From positions 1-64,000 of the forward strand of contig KZ538526.1 in the NCBI GenBank assembly GCA_000934665.2: a stretch of DNA of 64,000 nucleotides, read 5' to 3'. The first letter of the stretch is position 1. Every line of letters begins with the position of its first letter. Both the position numbers and the translations under genes were made by a program. Origin of the DNA: Catajapyx aquilonaris (lineage: Eukaryota). Below are positions 1 through 13,129 of this stretch, one piece after another. Under the pieces are notes generated by a model that saw only the letters and a list, made by a program, of their open reading frames with translations, had not been told where the DNA came from and did no database searches.

Positions 1-81
1 AATATCCCCCTCAGCCCGCTTATTCCGATGCCATGCATTGGTAAGCATGCACACACCCTTCGTCCCAGCATCAATCGCTAC

Positions 82-128
82 CTGTAAACAGTGGCAATGA
101 CAGAAAGAACGCTAAGCACTCTCCACAT
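82..128 (-). CDS. possible first coding exon (signal-peptide-like MWRVLSVLSVIATVY) of a gene running off the left edge
   Basis: ATG at 128, short hydrophobic ORF, ends AG|gtagcg donor-like; no further support in window. Confidence 0.25.
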
Positions 129-561
129 GACGATGTCCGAACACGACCAGTTGCCAGGTAACGCCAAAGTCGTTGTTTACACTTGTTATATGCTATTGTG
201 TCCAGCACTGTACCAATCACCCTGGTCAGAACCCACACTCAATTATTTAAAACAGTTTGTTCTCTCACTAAACCATTGGTATTCGAATAGTCAACATCAT
301 TCAAATTTTGGTCGTGGAATGGCAGCCCCAGTTGCAAATTTTAAATGATCTCAGCAGGGATCCGATGACTCCATGAATGAGCTACGACTTACATACTGAT
401 CCATGCAAATAACAACATTTCATGTTATAAAATATAAATTGAACATTTAATAAGCATTCAGTTGAATACATTTATGGAAATTTGTGTAAAATCAGTTGAA
501 TGGGTGATAATTTGAAAACCACCTGTAATATTTTCAACCGATCTAATCTCCAAATATCCCG

Positions 562-674
562 TTAAGGGCCAGCTGCATGAAAGCAAATTAGAGAAATCAT
601 CTTATTATGTCTATGTGCATACCCATACATAATTTGAGCTCTGTGCTAATTTGCTCTCATACAACCAGCCTTAA
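562..674. mobile_element. short foldback MITE flanked by TTAA
   Basis: ttaa-gggccagctgcatgaaagcaaattag ... ctaatttgctctcatacaaccagcc-ttaa; imperfect terminal inverted repeats. Confidence 0.5.
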
Positions 675-816
675 GCATGTCACACTCCTTGGGGAAATTA
701 TTTGTACTTAATGTTGCCAAGCATTGAGATTCTGAAACATTTCTTCCCTGGATTAAGGTTTTAAAAATCAGAAAAACTGCAAGAACACACACACTTGAAT
801 TACACAAGGACATGTT

Positions 817-1006
817 CCTACCATGAGTAATGTACTATCGGATTCAAATACTATTGGCCACTTTATCCTGGTCTTGAAGCAACCCTTCGCACACACACAC
901 ACACACCTCCTTAACGTGGGGTCTGTGGGAAGGGTTGCTTCAAGACCGGGATAAAGTGGCCAATAGTATTTGAACCCAATAGTACTGAAGTTACACTCAT
1001 AGTAGG
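817..1006. mobile_element. hairpin/MITE with near-perfect ~48-bp inner arms around a (CA)n-containing loop
   Basis: ttcaaatactattggccactttatcctggtcttgaagcaacccttc pairs with gaagggttgcttcaagaccgggataaagtggccaatagtatttgaa. Confidence 0.75.
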
Positions 1007-1239
1007 TCAGCTCTCTCAACTAATCCATGTTGTAAACTATCTTTGCTTCCTAAGGGTTCATAAGACCTCACAATTATTGATCATTTTAACAATCCAGTCA
1101 ATAAAACAACAAACACTGATGTTATCCAAAAGGGAGAAGGCAAGTGCAATGGCCACATGTTGGAGTTGACCTTGCACTAAATGGTCAGAAATTAACACAC
1201 AGGAATTCTAATTCTAATGAACAGCATTGTGATTGCATC

Positions 1240-4200
1240 TCACTCTGAAGGCTCAGCATCATTTGGCTTTGTCTTGGTCAGAGCCTGAACCAGATTGTTC
1301 AAGATTGCATTCCTTTCACTGGCTATTCTCTCTATAGTGCTTGTTAACTCCCGAAGTGACTTCTCATCCCATTCCCTGTCCTCCCTCCTCCACGCCTCTA
1401 GTCTGTCAATGAGAGTCTCCACAGGTAGCTTCTTCGATGCCAGTGTTCTAGGAGACTCTTGGCTGCTGCGTTTCTGCGCTAATGAAGTGACACCACTTAT
1501 CCAAATACCCGAGTCCTCTCTGCTCTCTTCACTTGTCCCAACCTCCATTGTGTGGCCAATTACCTGTAAGACAAGGAATTGTAGCCTATACTGCGTAATA
1601 AAAACAAACCAATAACCCAACTGCATTTACGCAACTGGGCCTTAGCAAGCTACAGCAAGTTTTTTCACCTCCTCTGCATTGACAGAGGACTCCTCCAAAC
1701 ATGCATCACTGGATGATGCCACATCTGCCTTGGCTTGAGCACAAAATATCTGTTTGAGCTGGTCAAGGAAAGGCATCTTTCTTCTGAAGGGAGTGCCGGT
1801 CCTTTGCGCCTTAAGGTATGACTTGTAGAGCACTTTCAGATTGCGAAACTTTTGAAGGACCTGCGCTTCTGAGAATTGGAATCCATGCTTGGCCAGATTG
1901 GTCACCATGAGCTTCCACAGATTCTTCTGAGACTTATCCGTTGGCATCTGCTGGGCCAATCGGTACTCCTCCAGAAAGATTCGGGTTGCTCTGGCATCCC
2001 ACTGACACACTGTAAATGCGTCGGAGAAATCAGTTTTGCATAGGGAAGGGTAATGCATGCACTCCATTCTTTTTCATCCACCACAGTCACACTAGTTAGT
2101 AAAATCTTATGCCAACTTACGCTAGTAATCAGTCTTAAAAGATTTCAGATGAAGTGGCTATGCATGCTTGGTGGCAAGGGATGAATGCAGTGATGCAGCA
2201 AATAGGCTTTCTGAGAGACAGGTTCACTTTACCAAAAAGAGGTGGGGTTAACGGGGAAGGAGATAAGTTACTCACTTTCATCCGAATGGACCCCCGTGTC
2301 AGAAGGTACAGTGACATCTTCACCTACGACATTTACAGGTATGGAAGTGTCGACAGCTTCACTTGGAAGCTTTCCAGCTGCTTGTAAAATCTTCAGAGTA
2401 AGACTAGGATCTTGAATAAAAAAACAATAACATTGATAGTTAAGAACCGGATCTTGAGAAATGGCAACCTACCACTTTTCAAAGAGTGTACGAGCTTCCC
2501 ATCAACAGCAATCACAAATGGCTTTCCATCTACCATCAGACTTGCTGGGCAATCCTGCAGTTTTGGCTGGGTATTCTCCTACACACAAGACACAAAACAG
2601 GGAGAGTACTAGGTTTGCTTGTGCTGCACACATATTATATTTCAAAACAACCTTCTTGGGAGCATGCATATGACCAAGGCCATTGTGTAAATGCAAACTC
2701 AACACAGGTCATCTGACATTAGGATAACATTTTTTTTTTTTTTTTTTTTTTTTTGCAATCGGCACTAGATACCTGCTTTTAGAGTATACGTACAGGCAAA
2801 AGCACCGGTGATGGACTTTCCATTTCTTGGGTCCAAATAACCTCATGTCCGAACAGTTGCTCCAGGAGTTCCAGGCAGGGAGGTTCTTTTTTCAGATTTC
2901 CCCGTTTATGAGGCACTTGGAAATTTTTATAGCTAACTTTCAGATTGCGAAACTTATGAGAGCACTGATCTTCCGTGAAGTTGTAGCCTTTTTTTGCCAG
3001 ATGAGTAGCAACGCGTTTCCAGCTTGGGGGTTTCTTTGTGCCGTCCTGCAATAATTGCTGGAAGTTGATGTAGGCTTGCAGCAGCTCCCTTATGGATGAA
3101 TTGCTCCACACTAAAAGTAAAAAGGCAGGATTACAGGAATGTCCAAGAAGTCTGCTTTCACCATTACACAATACAACACAATAATTTTCAAGGTACCACC
3201 TAACAATAATTCCTTATGTCACATGTCATATAAAAATTTCAAAACTTTAAGCTTGATAAATATTCTGGCACCATTACCTTGCTCTGTTCCGATTTTTGAA
3301 TCTACCTCATTAGTCAGCTTTCCTGCTGCTTCTATGATCTGCATTGCAAGCGATGGATCTGAAACACAATGTACCAATGACACACTCTTTTCAAAGGAAT
3401 TCACTGCAATTGCTTCACCTTCCTGCATTGTTTTGGCCAGGGACTTATCAACTTTTATAATGACTGGCTGTTTCTTCCTCGTTGGAGTGTTGATGGTTTC
3501 ATCCTGTTAAGAAAAAGTTGCAATTTAATTATAAATATATATTACATTATAACAAAAAATTTAATTGGGCAGTAAAGTACAAGATGCACAGAGAAATGTG
3601 GAGAAAGAATTGAACAAGCCTTCAGGACCTTTTAATCATGCATGAGTGTTCACCCCACAGCAAGAAACTTATTTCAAGATAATAAGCGCCAACCATTTGG
3701 TGGGATTCTCTCTTTAATCATACGCTCTATCTGCTTGATTCCTCTAAACTGCTTAGGGATTAACTCCATGGACTCCCGTAGATCGGCGATGTGAAATGGA
3801 CAGAGCTACGATGAATTTTTTTTTTAATTGGTGTAACTCACCACTTCAATAGCTAGAGGATCCTCTTCTTCAACTGATCCTGGTACATGGAGCCCAAATA
3901 TCTCCCTCAGCAAACTAAAACAAGGTGGTTCCCTCCTGGGCCTCCCTCCACCCTGCCTAGGCTTGTTCAGGCTATCTTCCGCACCCAACTGAAGATATGC
4001 CCTGTAGCGTACCTTCAGGTTACGTAACTTCTGGGAGCACTGTTCCTCTGAGAAGTTGTACCCCTGCTTCTCCAAAGATTCCGCAACTCTCTTCCAGATT
4101 GCCTTTGAAGGCTTCCCGTCACTCTGATTGCGTATGCCCAGGTAAGTGTCCAGGAGAAGTTTTGTGGCAGATTTGCTCCACGAATCTGTCAGTGCAAAGA

Positions 4201-4762
4201 ATGGCATAAATGGAAGGGTTCAGTCATTTGGCAAATATCAGAAAAAAATAGGGTTCATAACACATTCAAAAAAGATCTATTCCATGGTATATACAGGGTG
4301 AAGGGAAACTCCTGGACAATCGCCAGGTAGACGGATAGTACTCGTAAAACTAATATAGGGAGCGGGTAGCGAGGACCTCCTCGTTATCCGCTGGAACCCT
4401 AATATTATGTTTTGGGAAAAGCTGTGATGTATATATGAATGAATATGTTGTTGTTGTTGTTGTTGTTATTATTATTATTATTATTATTGTAGCTGAGGTT
4501 ATGCACAATGTCCTTTAAGTAAATGTAATGCCACAGTCTGACCCTGTTCGATTTATCCTTTCCACTAAACTTCAGAAACGACGCTGGCAGTGCCTAATAT
4601 TCCTTTGGTCCTCATCCACCAAACATTCCAAAGTGTTCCAGACTCACTCTTGAACAAGTCGTACTCGTCGTCGTCAGTCGGGCTGAGGCTGGAGAGGTCT
4701 CCCGTCAGTTCCCCGACACCCTCCGGGTCCACCTTCAGCTGCTCCTCAGCCGTCGTCGTCAT
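1240..4762 (-). CDS. protein with three Myb/SANT-like (trihelix, MSANTD-type) DNA-binding domains and a C-terminal coiled coil; exons 4762-4648, 4185-3842, 3503-3419, 3358-3278, 3110-2794, 2578-2473, 2410-2276, 2009-1669, 1563-1240
   Basis: three copies of W....T..LL..Y ... W..VA..L...GY.FSE.QC..K(F/L)RNLKV.Y ... P.L..L..IF; all GT-AG junctions phase-consistent. Confidence 0.85.
4447..4489. repeat. (GTT)n/(ATT)n microsatellite
   Basis: direct reading. Confidence 0.9.
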
Positions 4763-5320
4763 CTTTTGACAGACCTTCTATTTTTCGAACGGATCGCTTT
4801 CGAACACCTCGCTTTTATTCGTTCGGCTTGGCTTTGCGGTTTGCTTGTGTTCCCGAATCGGGTTGGGGGGGGCGGTACCCACAAAATGGCGTCATCACGT
4901 TCCACTCGCACACCGTTGCCAAGTCGACTGCAAACAACGGTTTACACTAGCCAGCTGCTGAATTTCGATCGGTGTGATGTGCTCATTCACTGTCTCTTGT
5001 CCAATCGAAAAGGAGTGACTGGCACGTTCAACCTGAGCAATAATGCAATTAATATAGTCGTTATCTTTAATTTCGATTAGTATCGGGTTTAAAATAATTA
5101 ATGTGGATGTCAGGGCATGGCTTCAGATTAAACTTGTTGGGCATTGCAGGAAAGGTGGAATGTGCGATCCGTTGCGATCACTGCGACGTGCCGATGTTCG
5201 AAAACCGAATAGTGCAACGTGCATGTCTGAACACGGACTCGTGTTTCCTCCGCTGATCGGCCCTAGTTCTGGCGTCAAACCTCTGGGGAACCAGTTCTGT
5301 TACATGTAGATATCTTGCTG
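4763..5320. promoter_or_regulatory. CpG-enriched, probably bidirectional promoter between the Myb/SANT-like gene (-) and the BTB gene (+)
   Basis: head-to-head genes; raised CpG density; YY1-like AAAATGGCG at ~4883; putative non-coding first-exon donor ctg|gtatgt near 5321. Confidence 0.55.
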
Positions 5321-5904
5321 GTATGTATATTAATAATAGAACCATGAGGATGGAGGAGTAACATTTTTAGAAAAGTACGTGGAACATGTTAAACACAGGC
5401 TAAAGATACACGAGTTCGATGAACCCAAATGGAACGATATGTGGAACCCGAAGAGCATAATAATATTCCAAGCTCTTTTGAGCTTACCCTCCTGGTCTGT
5501 TTATAGAAGTTTTAAACATGCTGTGTGTGTTTCAAATGGGCGAGTGGTGTTTTCTAATGCTGATCAGCAAAATTGCTGTCCATTCCACAGCACCAATGAC
5601 GCTATTCCATATTGCGTCATATCGCAATAAGAATTTTAAGTATACAAAGCTCACAACAGTCTGGAGTGAATGATTAACATTTGTTTTAGTAATATCATAT
5701 GCAACTCTCGTTGGTGAAAGAGTTACAAGAGGCAACAAGCAGCAAACAAGCAGTTGCGTAATGTAACGTAATCAATAATCATGAGTAATTTTAATAAGTA
5801 CACATTTAAAGTGGAGTGATTAACCCCTCATCATCAGTAATAATGTATTTATAATGAGTTTTTTTTTGCCTGTTGCTTTTCAGCTAGTTGGATTTTGTGC
5901 CAAC

Positions 5905-8362
5905 ATGCCACTAATTAGGGCTCGAGGCTACTGGCAGCAGACTATGAAAGTTCTGCTAGAAGATGATGGTACCTGCTACCGTGACTTGGTCTTTGCGTGT
6001 AAAGATGGGAACGTGAAAGCGCACCGTTTTGTCATGGCTGCAGCTTTTCCATTTTTTCGACAATTGCTACTACCTGCTGAGTCAAGCTCCTCTGCCCACA
6101 TCGTGATGCCTAAGGCCAAGTTATGCATCATCAGAGCTATTATCCGCTTTGCCTACACTGGGCTACTGCAAGCACCTGATGACCTTTACGATGAGCTTCT
6201 TGACTGGCTGAAGGAGCTGCGTATTGATCCAAAAAATATTGCTTATATGAAACCTCGTACGTTGATTGGTGACTTTTCATCATTGCTAATTTGTTGCGAC
6301 CAATAGGGTTTTAGACAAAATTTTTATAATCCATGCAAAAAAATCAACATTATCCTCTAATGAATACTGCGCATTTAATAAAGTTCATGTAAGCTTTCAT
6401 TTGCTTTTGTGACGTGGTCAAAGATGATATTTTTTGACACATGGTAATGGCATGCCATTTTCATTGCATAGTAGCGATGTCAAAATATGTGCTATGATGT
6501 CATACATGCCACGTTTGATATTATCATAGTGCCTTGCAGTGCAACTTGGGTACTCAACTTTAAAAAACAGTGAAATGAATTAACATGTTGACATACTGTA
6601 CATTAACCTATGCAACTAATGTATAACACCATTCTGTAGCTCAGTTTCACCACTCAAAATGTGATGTTTTGCTTTTACAGGAGAGAAAAAATATTCAGTA
6701 GCAGAAAGCACCCAGAGTGAACCACATCTCAGTATGTCAACAGAGCAGTCATTGGAGTCGAGCCCTGCAAATTCTGCATGTCTGACCCCACCGGAGTTGT
6801 CTCTACACAATAACACGCCAGCAGATTTACCCAATGTCTCCAATTCATCCAACGTCCCGACGTCACTACCAGAACTGAGCCTCTATTGCCTCAACCATGC
6901 CGCTAGCTCAATGAAGGAACCATCCCCTCTAAAGCGTGGCTTTAGTGAACCTGTGATGCCAACTACTACATTTCAGCTGCCTCCGAGGTGCCAAACTCCT
7001 CCCCCGCCAGTGTCAATGACAGAAGCTCCTGTGACGAGGGGAAGCCCAGCAGCCTTCCGTTGTCCCATTTGCCGTGCACCTTTTCGTAGCCAGGTGCTGT
7101 ATGATGACCATGTGGAGAATCTTCATCCAAAACTATTGGCTCAGTTGATTGGGGATGTTCCTATGAAAGAGTCTAGTCCAGTGGCTGTTCCGATTGTTCC
7201 TTCATCACCCCAAGAAGTACTTCCACCAACAAGGGACAGGTTCAGGTCGATTTCATTTCACAAGAAGCATGGCAGTGCTCTAGTAGGGATAAGATGCAAA
7301 TCGTACTGTGTGTTGTGCTTTCGTTTTTTATGCTTCCGTCACTCCGTGTGTCCGTATCATCAGGTCAGGTACAAGGTTGGTGTGTTGAAACACTACAAGT
7401 CACTTATTTGAAGCTGCTGTGATAGTGTTGTAAGAGATATTTTTATCAACTCCTTCAAAGTTATGCTCCGTAACTTTTGTTAGTGCTGTTGTGCACGATT
7501 AATATGGAGCTAATTTGGTTTTGTTCATGATGTTTCTTTGATATGTTGTGTTCCCAAGATACTTTCAGATGTAAAATTCATTTGTTTCATGTTTACTCAG
7601 GAACAGGGAAGATATTTATTTATTTGAGAAGGAGAATGACTCGGGTTCTTCACCAATTTGGGCCAGCTTGGAATTCAGTAAGAAGTGCAGATTGTTAATA
7701 GATGTGTTAATACGCCTGATGCAGTCAAGCTCAATGTTTTTTTTTGTGTGTGTGAAAATGAGATTGGATGCTGCTGAGATTCTTACTGAATCCTACTTGG
7801 TCCTTGGGAAGGATTCACCTGATGTATGTAGTAATATGCTGTGTTCATATGTTTTTGTTAATTATTTTTGACAGCTAGAAAATATCTAGCAGTATGAAAC
7901 ATGTAAAACAATATGTAGAATTAGTTGATTTTCAGGAGTTTAATGTTTTCTTGTAATACACACTGAGCTAAAATATGTGTTTTTTTTTTCTTCATTAATG
8001 TACTGGGTGGAAATAAGCTACCTCAAATCCAAAGGGTTGCCTCACCTAATAATGTGGCTGAGAGTTGTGTTTAAAGCATGTTAAATAACTTTCCAATGGT
8101 TTATACATGGTGTAGCTACCAAGTGTGAGATGTGGGCGGATGTTGACATTCACAAGATTTGTACAGGCACTGATCTGAGTTAATTTATGTTTATTTCTGT
8201 CTGAAATATTGACTTTGTGCTCTAAATTCCATCATGATTCCTTTCTTATTACGCACCAGTGGCAATCACGACCAGGCAACGACTCCGAATCAGAAAAGGA
8301 AGACACCTCTAACTGAGTACGACACCAAAAAGAATGGTCGTTGTTGGACGAAAAATAAATAA
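5905..8362 (+). CDS. BTB/POZ-domain protein with one C2H2 finger; exons 5905-6256, 6681-~7239, probable terminal exon 8260-8362 (3' structure uncertain; exon 2 can also read through to a stop at 7411)
   Basis: BTB signature DLVFACKDGNVKAHRFVMAAAFPFFRQLL...IIRFAYTG; finger FRCPICRAPFRSQVLYDDHVENLH; phase-1 junction C|GA; AATAAA at ~8354. Confidence 0.8.
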
Positions 8363-8867
8363 ATTCATATTCAACGCCAAAAGACGATGGTATCGAGTGT
8401 ACATTTCACTCCGAAAATTTCTAATTAAACAGGTGACAATTGGATAAATAAGCTTTGATTTAAGGCGAAGTATGCCGCGCAGTGTATACCCAAATGCATG
8501 TAACTATGAATTTTCTGTGAATTTGGGCTAAACGCGAAACTAGCGCTACACAGTCCGGTGGCCACTAGTCGAAACTGCCATTCTCGTAATGTGCTCGTGT
8601 GTAATGCACACGGCTATTTGAGTACCTTTGAACTGTACCTTTCTTGCTCCATGAGGCACTTCACAGGCCCCTGAAAATTGTGTCAAGAGTTGGCCACCCC
8701 CCTGTCAGGCGTCAGATTGGCGGTGGCGGTTTGAGCTCGGAAGGTAAAGTACACCACTTGTACAGCCAGCCAATAATGCCAGAAACCTGAGTAAGATATC
8801 ACATTTACTGAGTGGTATAAATATAAGGTTTATTATTTTCATCTGATTGTTTCAGAAACACATCAAG

Positions 8868-10405
8868 ATGCTGTCCCTCTTTCACAACTTGTGCCAAAGA
8901 ATATCTGCTGGCCTCGGACCAGGAGCCATGAATGCGTTGGGTACGTATTAGCAAGAGCTCTTGGTAATTAGGCATTTCCAGAATAAGTGAAGCACTTGCT
9001 GTTGGTGTTGTGGGATTGGCGAACTGGTTAATGATGCCTGTAGGAGTGTGACTGGAGCAGAAGTAAACCATTGTGAGACAATGTATAATTAGGAATTGCA
9101 TAGGACATGATTAATTATGAGATCATTTTGGTTTAGGTGCTGTCAAACGGGGTAATCCTGGATGGATGGGGGTAATGCTGAACAAAAAGGGGGGGAAACT
9201 TTTCATATCCCTATGTGAACAAAATTAGAATGTACATTCGAAATTATAGCTTGCACTGTAGCTACATAGTCTTATACTCTTTATAGTATTGTTAACATTT
9301 GTTCATTTGAATCTTCAAAATTTATTTATTTTAATCATTTAGGTACACCTAGTTTAGTTCAATTTGGCAACACTTGATTGTTGGGCAAGTTACGCATACT
9401 GTGAGGCTACTGAGGCAGCCCCCCACAACTCCCTCTCTTTTCCCGTGCCTTTAGTAAGTCCCCTATCCCTGGATGTGGAGCCCTGTACCAAATCATATTC
9501 TGTTGCTGTGGATCTGCAAACTGGAACTGATGAGATTTGAAGCTTTAGGTAGGTTCAGAACTGTTCGTAAGTCGTCGGCCCGAATGCGTTTTGATACAGG
9601 GCTCCACACGCAAGTATTCGGACTCCACATCCGGGGATAGGGGACTTGCTAAGCGCACGGCCTTCCCCATGTGGCTAGAGAGGGAATTGCGGGGGGCTGC
9701 TATGAGGACACTTATTTAAGAGTGTTTTCTAATTAATTTTTCTACTTCTATTAATAAAAATAGCCTATGATTGCAGACCTTGAAAAACTCTGTTGTCATC
9801 TCTTCGCCCCTAGAGCTCTTTGTCCCCTACAAACTAATGTGTTGATGGTACTGATAATCTCTCTACCATCAGCAGTGTAGAGGAGTGCTGATATGTAAAT
9901 GGGAAACTTATTACCTTTGTCTAAATCTGCCTTTATTCTGATGATTAAGATTTTTAAACAAGCTCTGATTATTACCAGCCTGTTCTCAGTACTGCTTTGT
10001 TCACCACAAACAGATCGTTTGGCCACCTTGCCTGGTACTGTTATACAGCCCAGGCCAATCCTATATCGAGCCATGGCCACACTATTGGAAATGCACAAGA
10101 GAGGCCCACACATTAAGGTACGACCTCCCCGCCAGCCACTTGATGGCCACCCCTTCAAGAAGGGTGTAGTGCTGAAGACACTCATCAAGAAACCTAAGAA
10201 GCCCAACTCAGCCAACCGCAAGTGTGTCCTGGTCCGCCTCAGCAATGGAAAGGAGATGATAGCCTATGTGCCAGGAATTGGACATAACTTGCAGGAACAC
10301 AATGTGGTTCTGGTACGAGTAGGACGATGCAAGGACGTACCTGGCGTTAAGCTGAAGTGTGTCAGAGGAAAGTTTGATCTCCCGCATGTGGTTAAGAATA
10401 AGTGA
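8868..10405 (+). CDS. MRPS12: mitochondrial ribosomal protein S12 (uS12m, tko orthologue); exons 8868-8940, 10014-10405
   Basis: [37 protein letters not shown] motifs; upstream exon gives presequence-like [16 protein letters not shown]; phase-1 junction G|AT. Confidence 0.95.
9415..9700. mobile_element. foldback MITE in the MRPS12 intron
   Basis: gcagcccccc...agtcccctatccctggatgtggagccctgta inverted against tacagggctccac...ccacatccggggataggggact...ggggggctgc. Confidence 0.7.
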
Positions 10406-10620
10406 ATTGTTTCATGTTCTGCATTGTGGGAGTCATTATGTAAAGGTAACAAATTTTATAGTGTTATAAAAAAAATTGAAGTTATTTCACTTCCAGTATC
10501 ATAACGCCATACTTTGGGGATAAATAATGATTGAGACTAAAGGTCGTTTGTTTCAGACTCCCTGATGTTTTGAGAAGGGGAAAATAACTGCCTGCAGTAG
10601 TCATACTGCTTTTCGAGGTA

Positions 10621-10900
10621 GGGCGACACAGTGGCGGAGTGGTTAGCACCTCAGCCTTCCACCTCTGAGGTCCCGAGTTCAATCCCCGGGTCGGGCGGAG
10701 GATACTTATGTGGATAGAGTTTTGATGGGCTCTCTCCGTGTTCGCGTGGGTTTTCTCAGGGTTCTCCCATTTCCTCCTGCAATCAAAATCTATCACAGCG
10801 CAGGCAATTATTAAAGACGGCCAATTAAAAGATGATCCCGTAAGGGGTCCAAGGAGGCCTATCACGGGGTATCCATTTAAAAATAAAAATAAAAATAATA
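10621..10900 (+). mobile_element. tRNA-derived SINE with V-domain-like core
   Basis: A box gtggcggagtgg, B box gagttcaatcc, core ctccgtgttcgcgtgggttttctcagggttctccc, A-rich tail, 12-bp TSD gcttttcgaggt (10608-10619 / 10903-10914); second copy at 55080. Confidence 0.85.
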
Positions 10901-13129
10901 CAGCTTTTCGAGGTTAACCCAGACTTACAGGGGAAAGGTGGATGTAACGTGACAGGTGAGGTCTTGGCGTATGATGTCACCTATGACAGAGGAAGTTTAA
11001 ATATTTTGCGCTGTGCAAAATAATATAGATGTGGGGTCAAGGGACTTGCGGCCTGGCGCAAACAAGGAAATGTGGGAGGCAGGCAACGTGCATGCATAAT
11101 CCAAGTATTCATGTTGCCTGCTAATGAGTACAAGTGTCATGGCCCAGCCCAACCAAGCGCAGCATGCCCAAATTTCTTGCATGCAAGAAATCTGCAAGCG
11201 CAAGTTGCCCCAAGGGAGCACATGCGCTGTGCCATCCTGGGTTGGTGAGCAAGCAATAAGTTGCTCCCAAATTTCCTCATTTGCGCCAGCCCTAAGGGAT
11301 AGTTTTGCTTTTTCCTCAACTATATTTTTCCAACACCTTTAAATCACCAACGGGTGAAGTGTTTTTCACTCTTAGCATTGAACCATTGGCTATTAAAATA
11401 TTTAAATAATTACGGTTGAGCGCCATCAGTGCAGGGTGAAGAATCTTTACAGGAACATTAGGCCTATTCTCTACTAGCAGGTTATGGGCCTTCCCCGAGG
11501 TTTCTATAAGGGACAAACAAACTCTCATCCTTATTTATAGATATAGATATAGAAGACAAGGAAGGGTTTGCGGGAAGGGAGATGGCAATGTAACTATGTA
11601 TCCTTGCTCAATAGTTTACATGAGGTCCATTTTATCCAAAAATAGGTCAGTGGCCATAGCATGTCAGAGCCTGTGTGCTGTGGTGGGCTGTGCTTTGTTA
11701 TGCTGGCAGTGGCCTCATGTAAGCAAGCTTTTATCGAGTTGGGTGGATAATTGACAATTGCACCTGAAATTAAGCTAGATATACAAGTCTCCTAATCAGA
11801 GACCTTGAAATTTAACCCATGTCATTTCTGCCCATGGCATGGGAGCAAATTTTTATGCCGTTCCTCTTCACATCCTCAATGATAGCCACAATATGTAGTG
11901 ACAGAGGGTGTTCCAAATAGGTGAGTTTCTTTAGTTATGGGAAATCTCACCCAATGCTGTTATTTTATTGTAACTTGTGCACCCTCATCCAGGTGCCTGA
12001 TTTTATAGCAACTTTTATAATATTTGACCACCTCGAAATAATTTGCCATGCAACAAGCTATTTTCAAAAAACCATGTGGGTGATATTAGAGATAACTGAA
12101 ATACCTGCATGGAACACACTGTGTATGTCAAGTCAGTGCATGAGGGTGTACAAAAGCTTGTATCATTAGTCGATAATAAGATTTGATAAGATTTCATCAA
12201 AAACCACCCATTTTTTTGACATAGGATGCATATGGAATATCATGTGTACCATCAGCAATTTTATCCTTATTCAGTTTAAAACACAATCAAATTCATACTC
12301 TATACTCTATAGTACAGTACCCTGCCGATATCGCCTATATCAACGTACCCAGACTCTCACAAGGGGAAATGTTGCAAGATCAATGTTGGTAAAACCCAGA
12401 AATCTGCATGAATTTTGCATATGCTGACTTCAATTTGCGCAAACACCATTCATTATGATAATTACTGCAAATGAATACTTGGTAACAGGTTTGCTGGTTA
12501 ATTTATTGAAATATACTGGATTAACAAACCATACTTGTCCACCTGTTCATGAATCTGTTGTTATTATTTTTTAATGGCAATAATTCATTCACAATCCATC
12601 ACAACCTCGACTGGTTCTGATTCCGATATGTGGAACCAATCAATGAAATAAATTGGCATATAAGGGGTTAAGGGTTAACTATATAAAAATTTCATTTCTC
12701 CGTGCATGCCACTCCTCCAATAAAACATTTAGGTTTCCATCACATGAACAACCACTTTATTGAACCAGCAAGCATCACTTTTTTAATCACTTGACATTTG
12801 GATGGCCGGCCCCCCTAATCGCCCCCCAATCCATATCCGATAATCCCCGTTCCTATCGCAATGCCCAAAATTTTTGATCGACTTTTCCCCTTCTCTGGAA
12901 ATCCGATCCGCGTGAACAGGGTGTGATCAGCCATCCGACCAATCAACATGGCTCTGCAACAAACGTCCGCAAAAAGGACGCCCATTTTATTCCCCCTCCC
13001 CAAACAGTAGTCGTCCCACTTTTTTTTTTTTTTTTTTTGAAGAGACATGAACTAGTATAGTACATATGAAAAAAAAAAAAGTAGGGCAATTAATGCACCG
13101 TACAGTACAAGCCGGTGCAAGCCCCCCAA

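Noticed and set aside
7240..7411. Cys-rich read-through tail of the BTB gene (CVLC...LC..H..C..H) resembling a piggyBac-type Cys-rich domain
   Set aside because: Partial motif in TG-rich sequence that may be intronic; cannot be supported.
10621..10695. tRNA gene
   Set aside because: Continues into a shared SINE body with tail and TSD; second dispersed copy at 55080.
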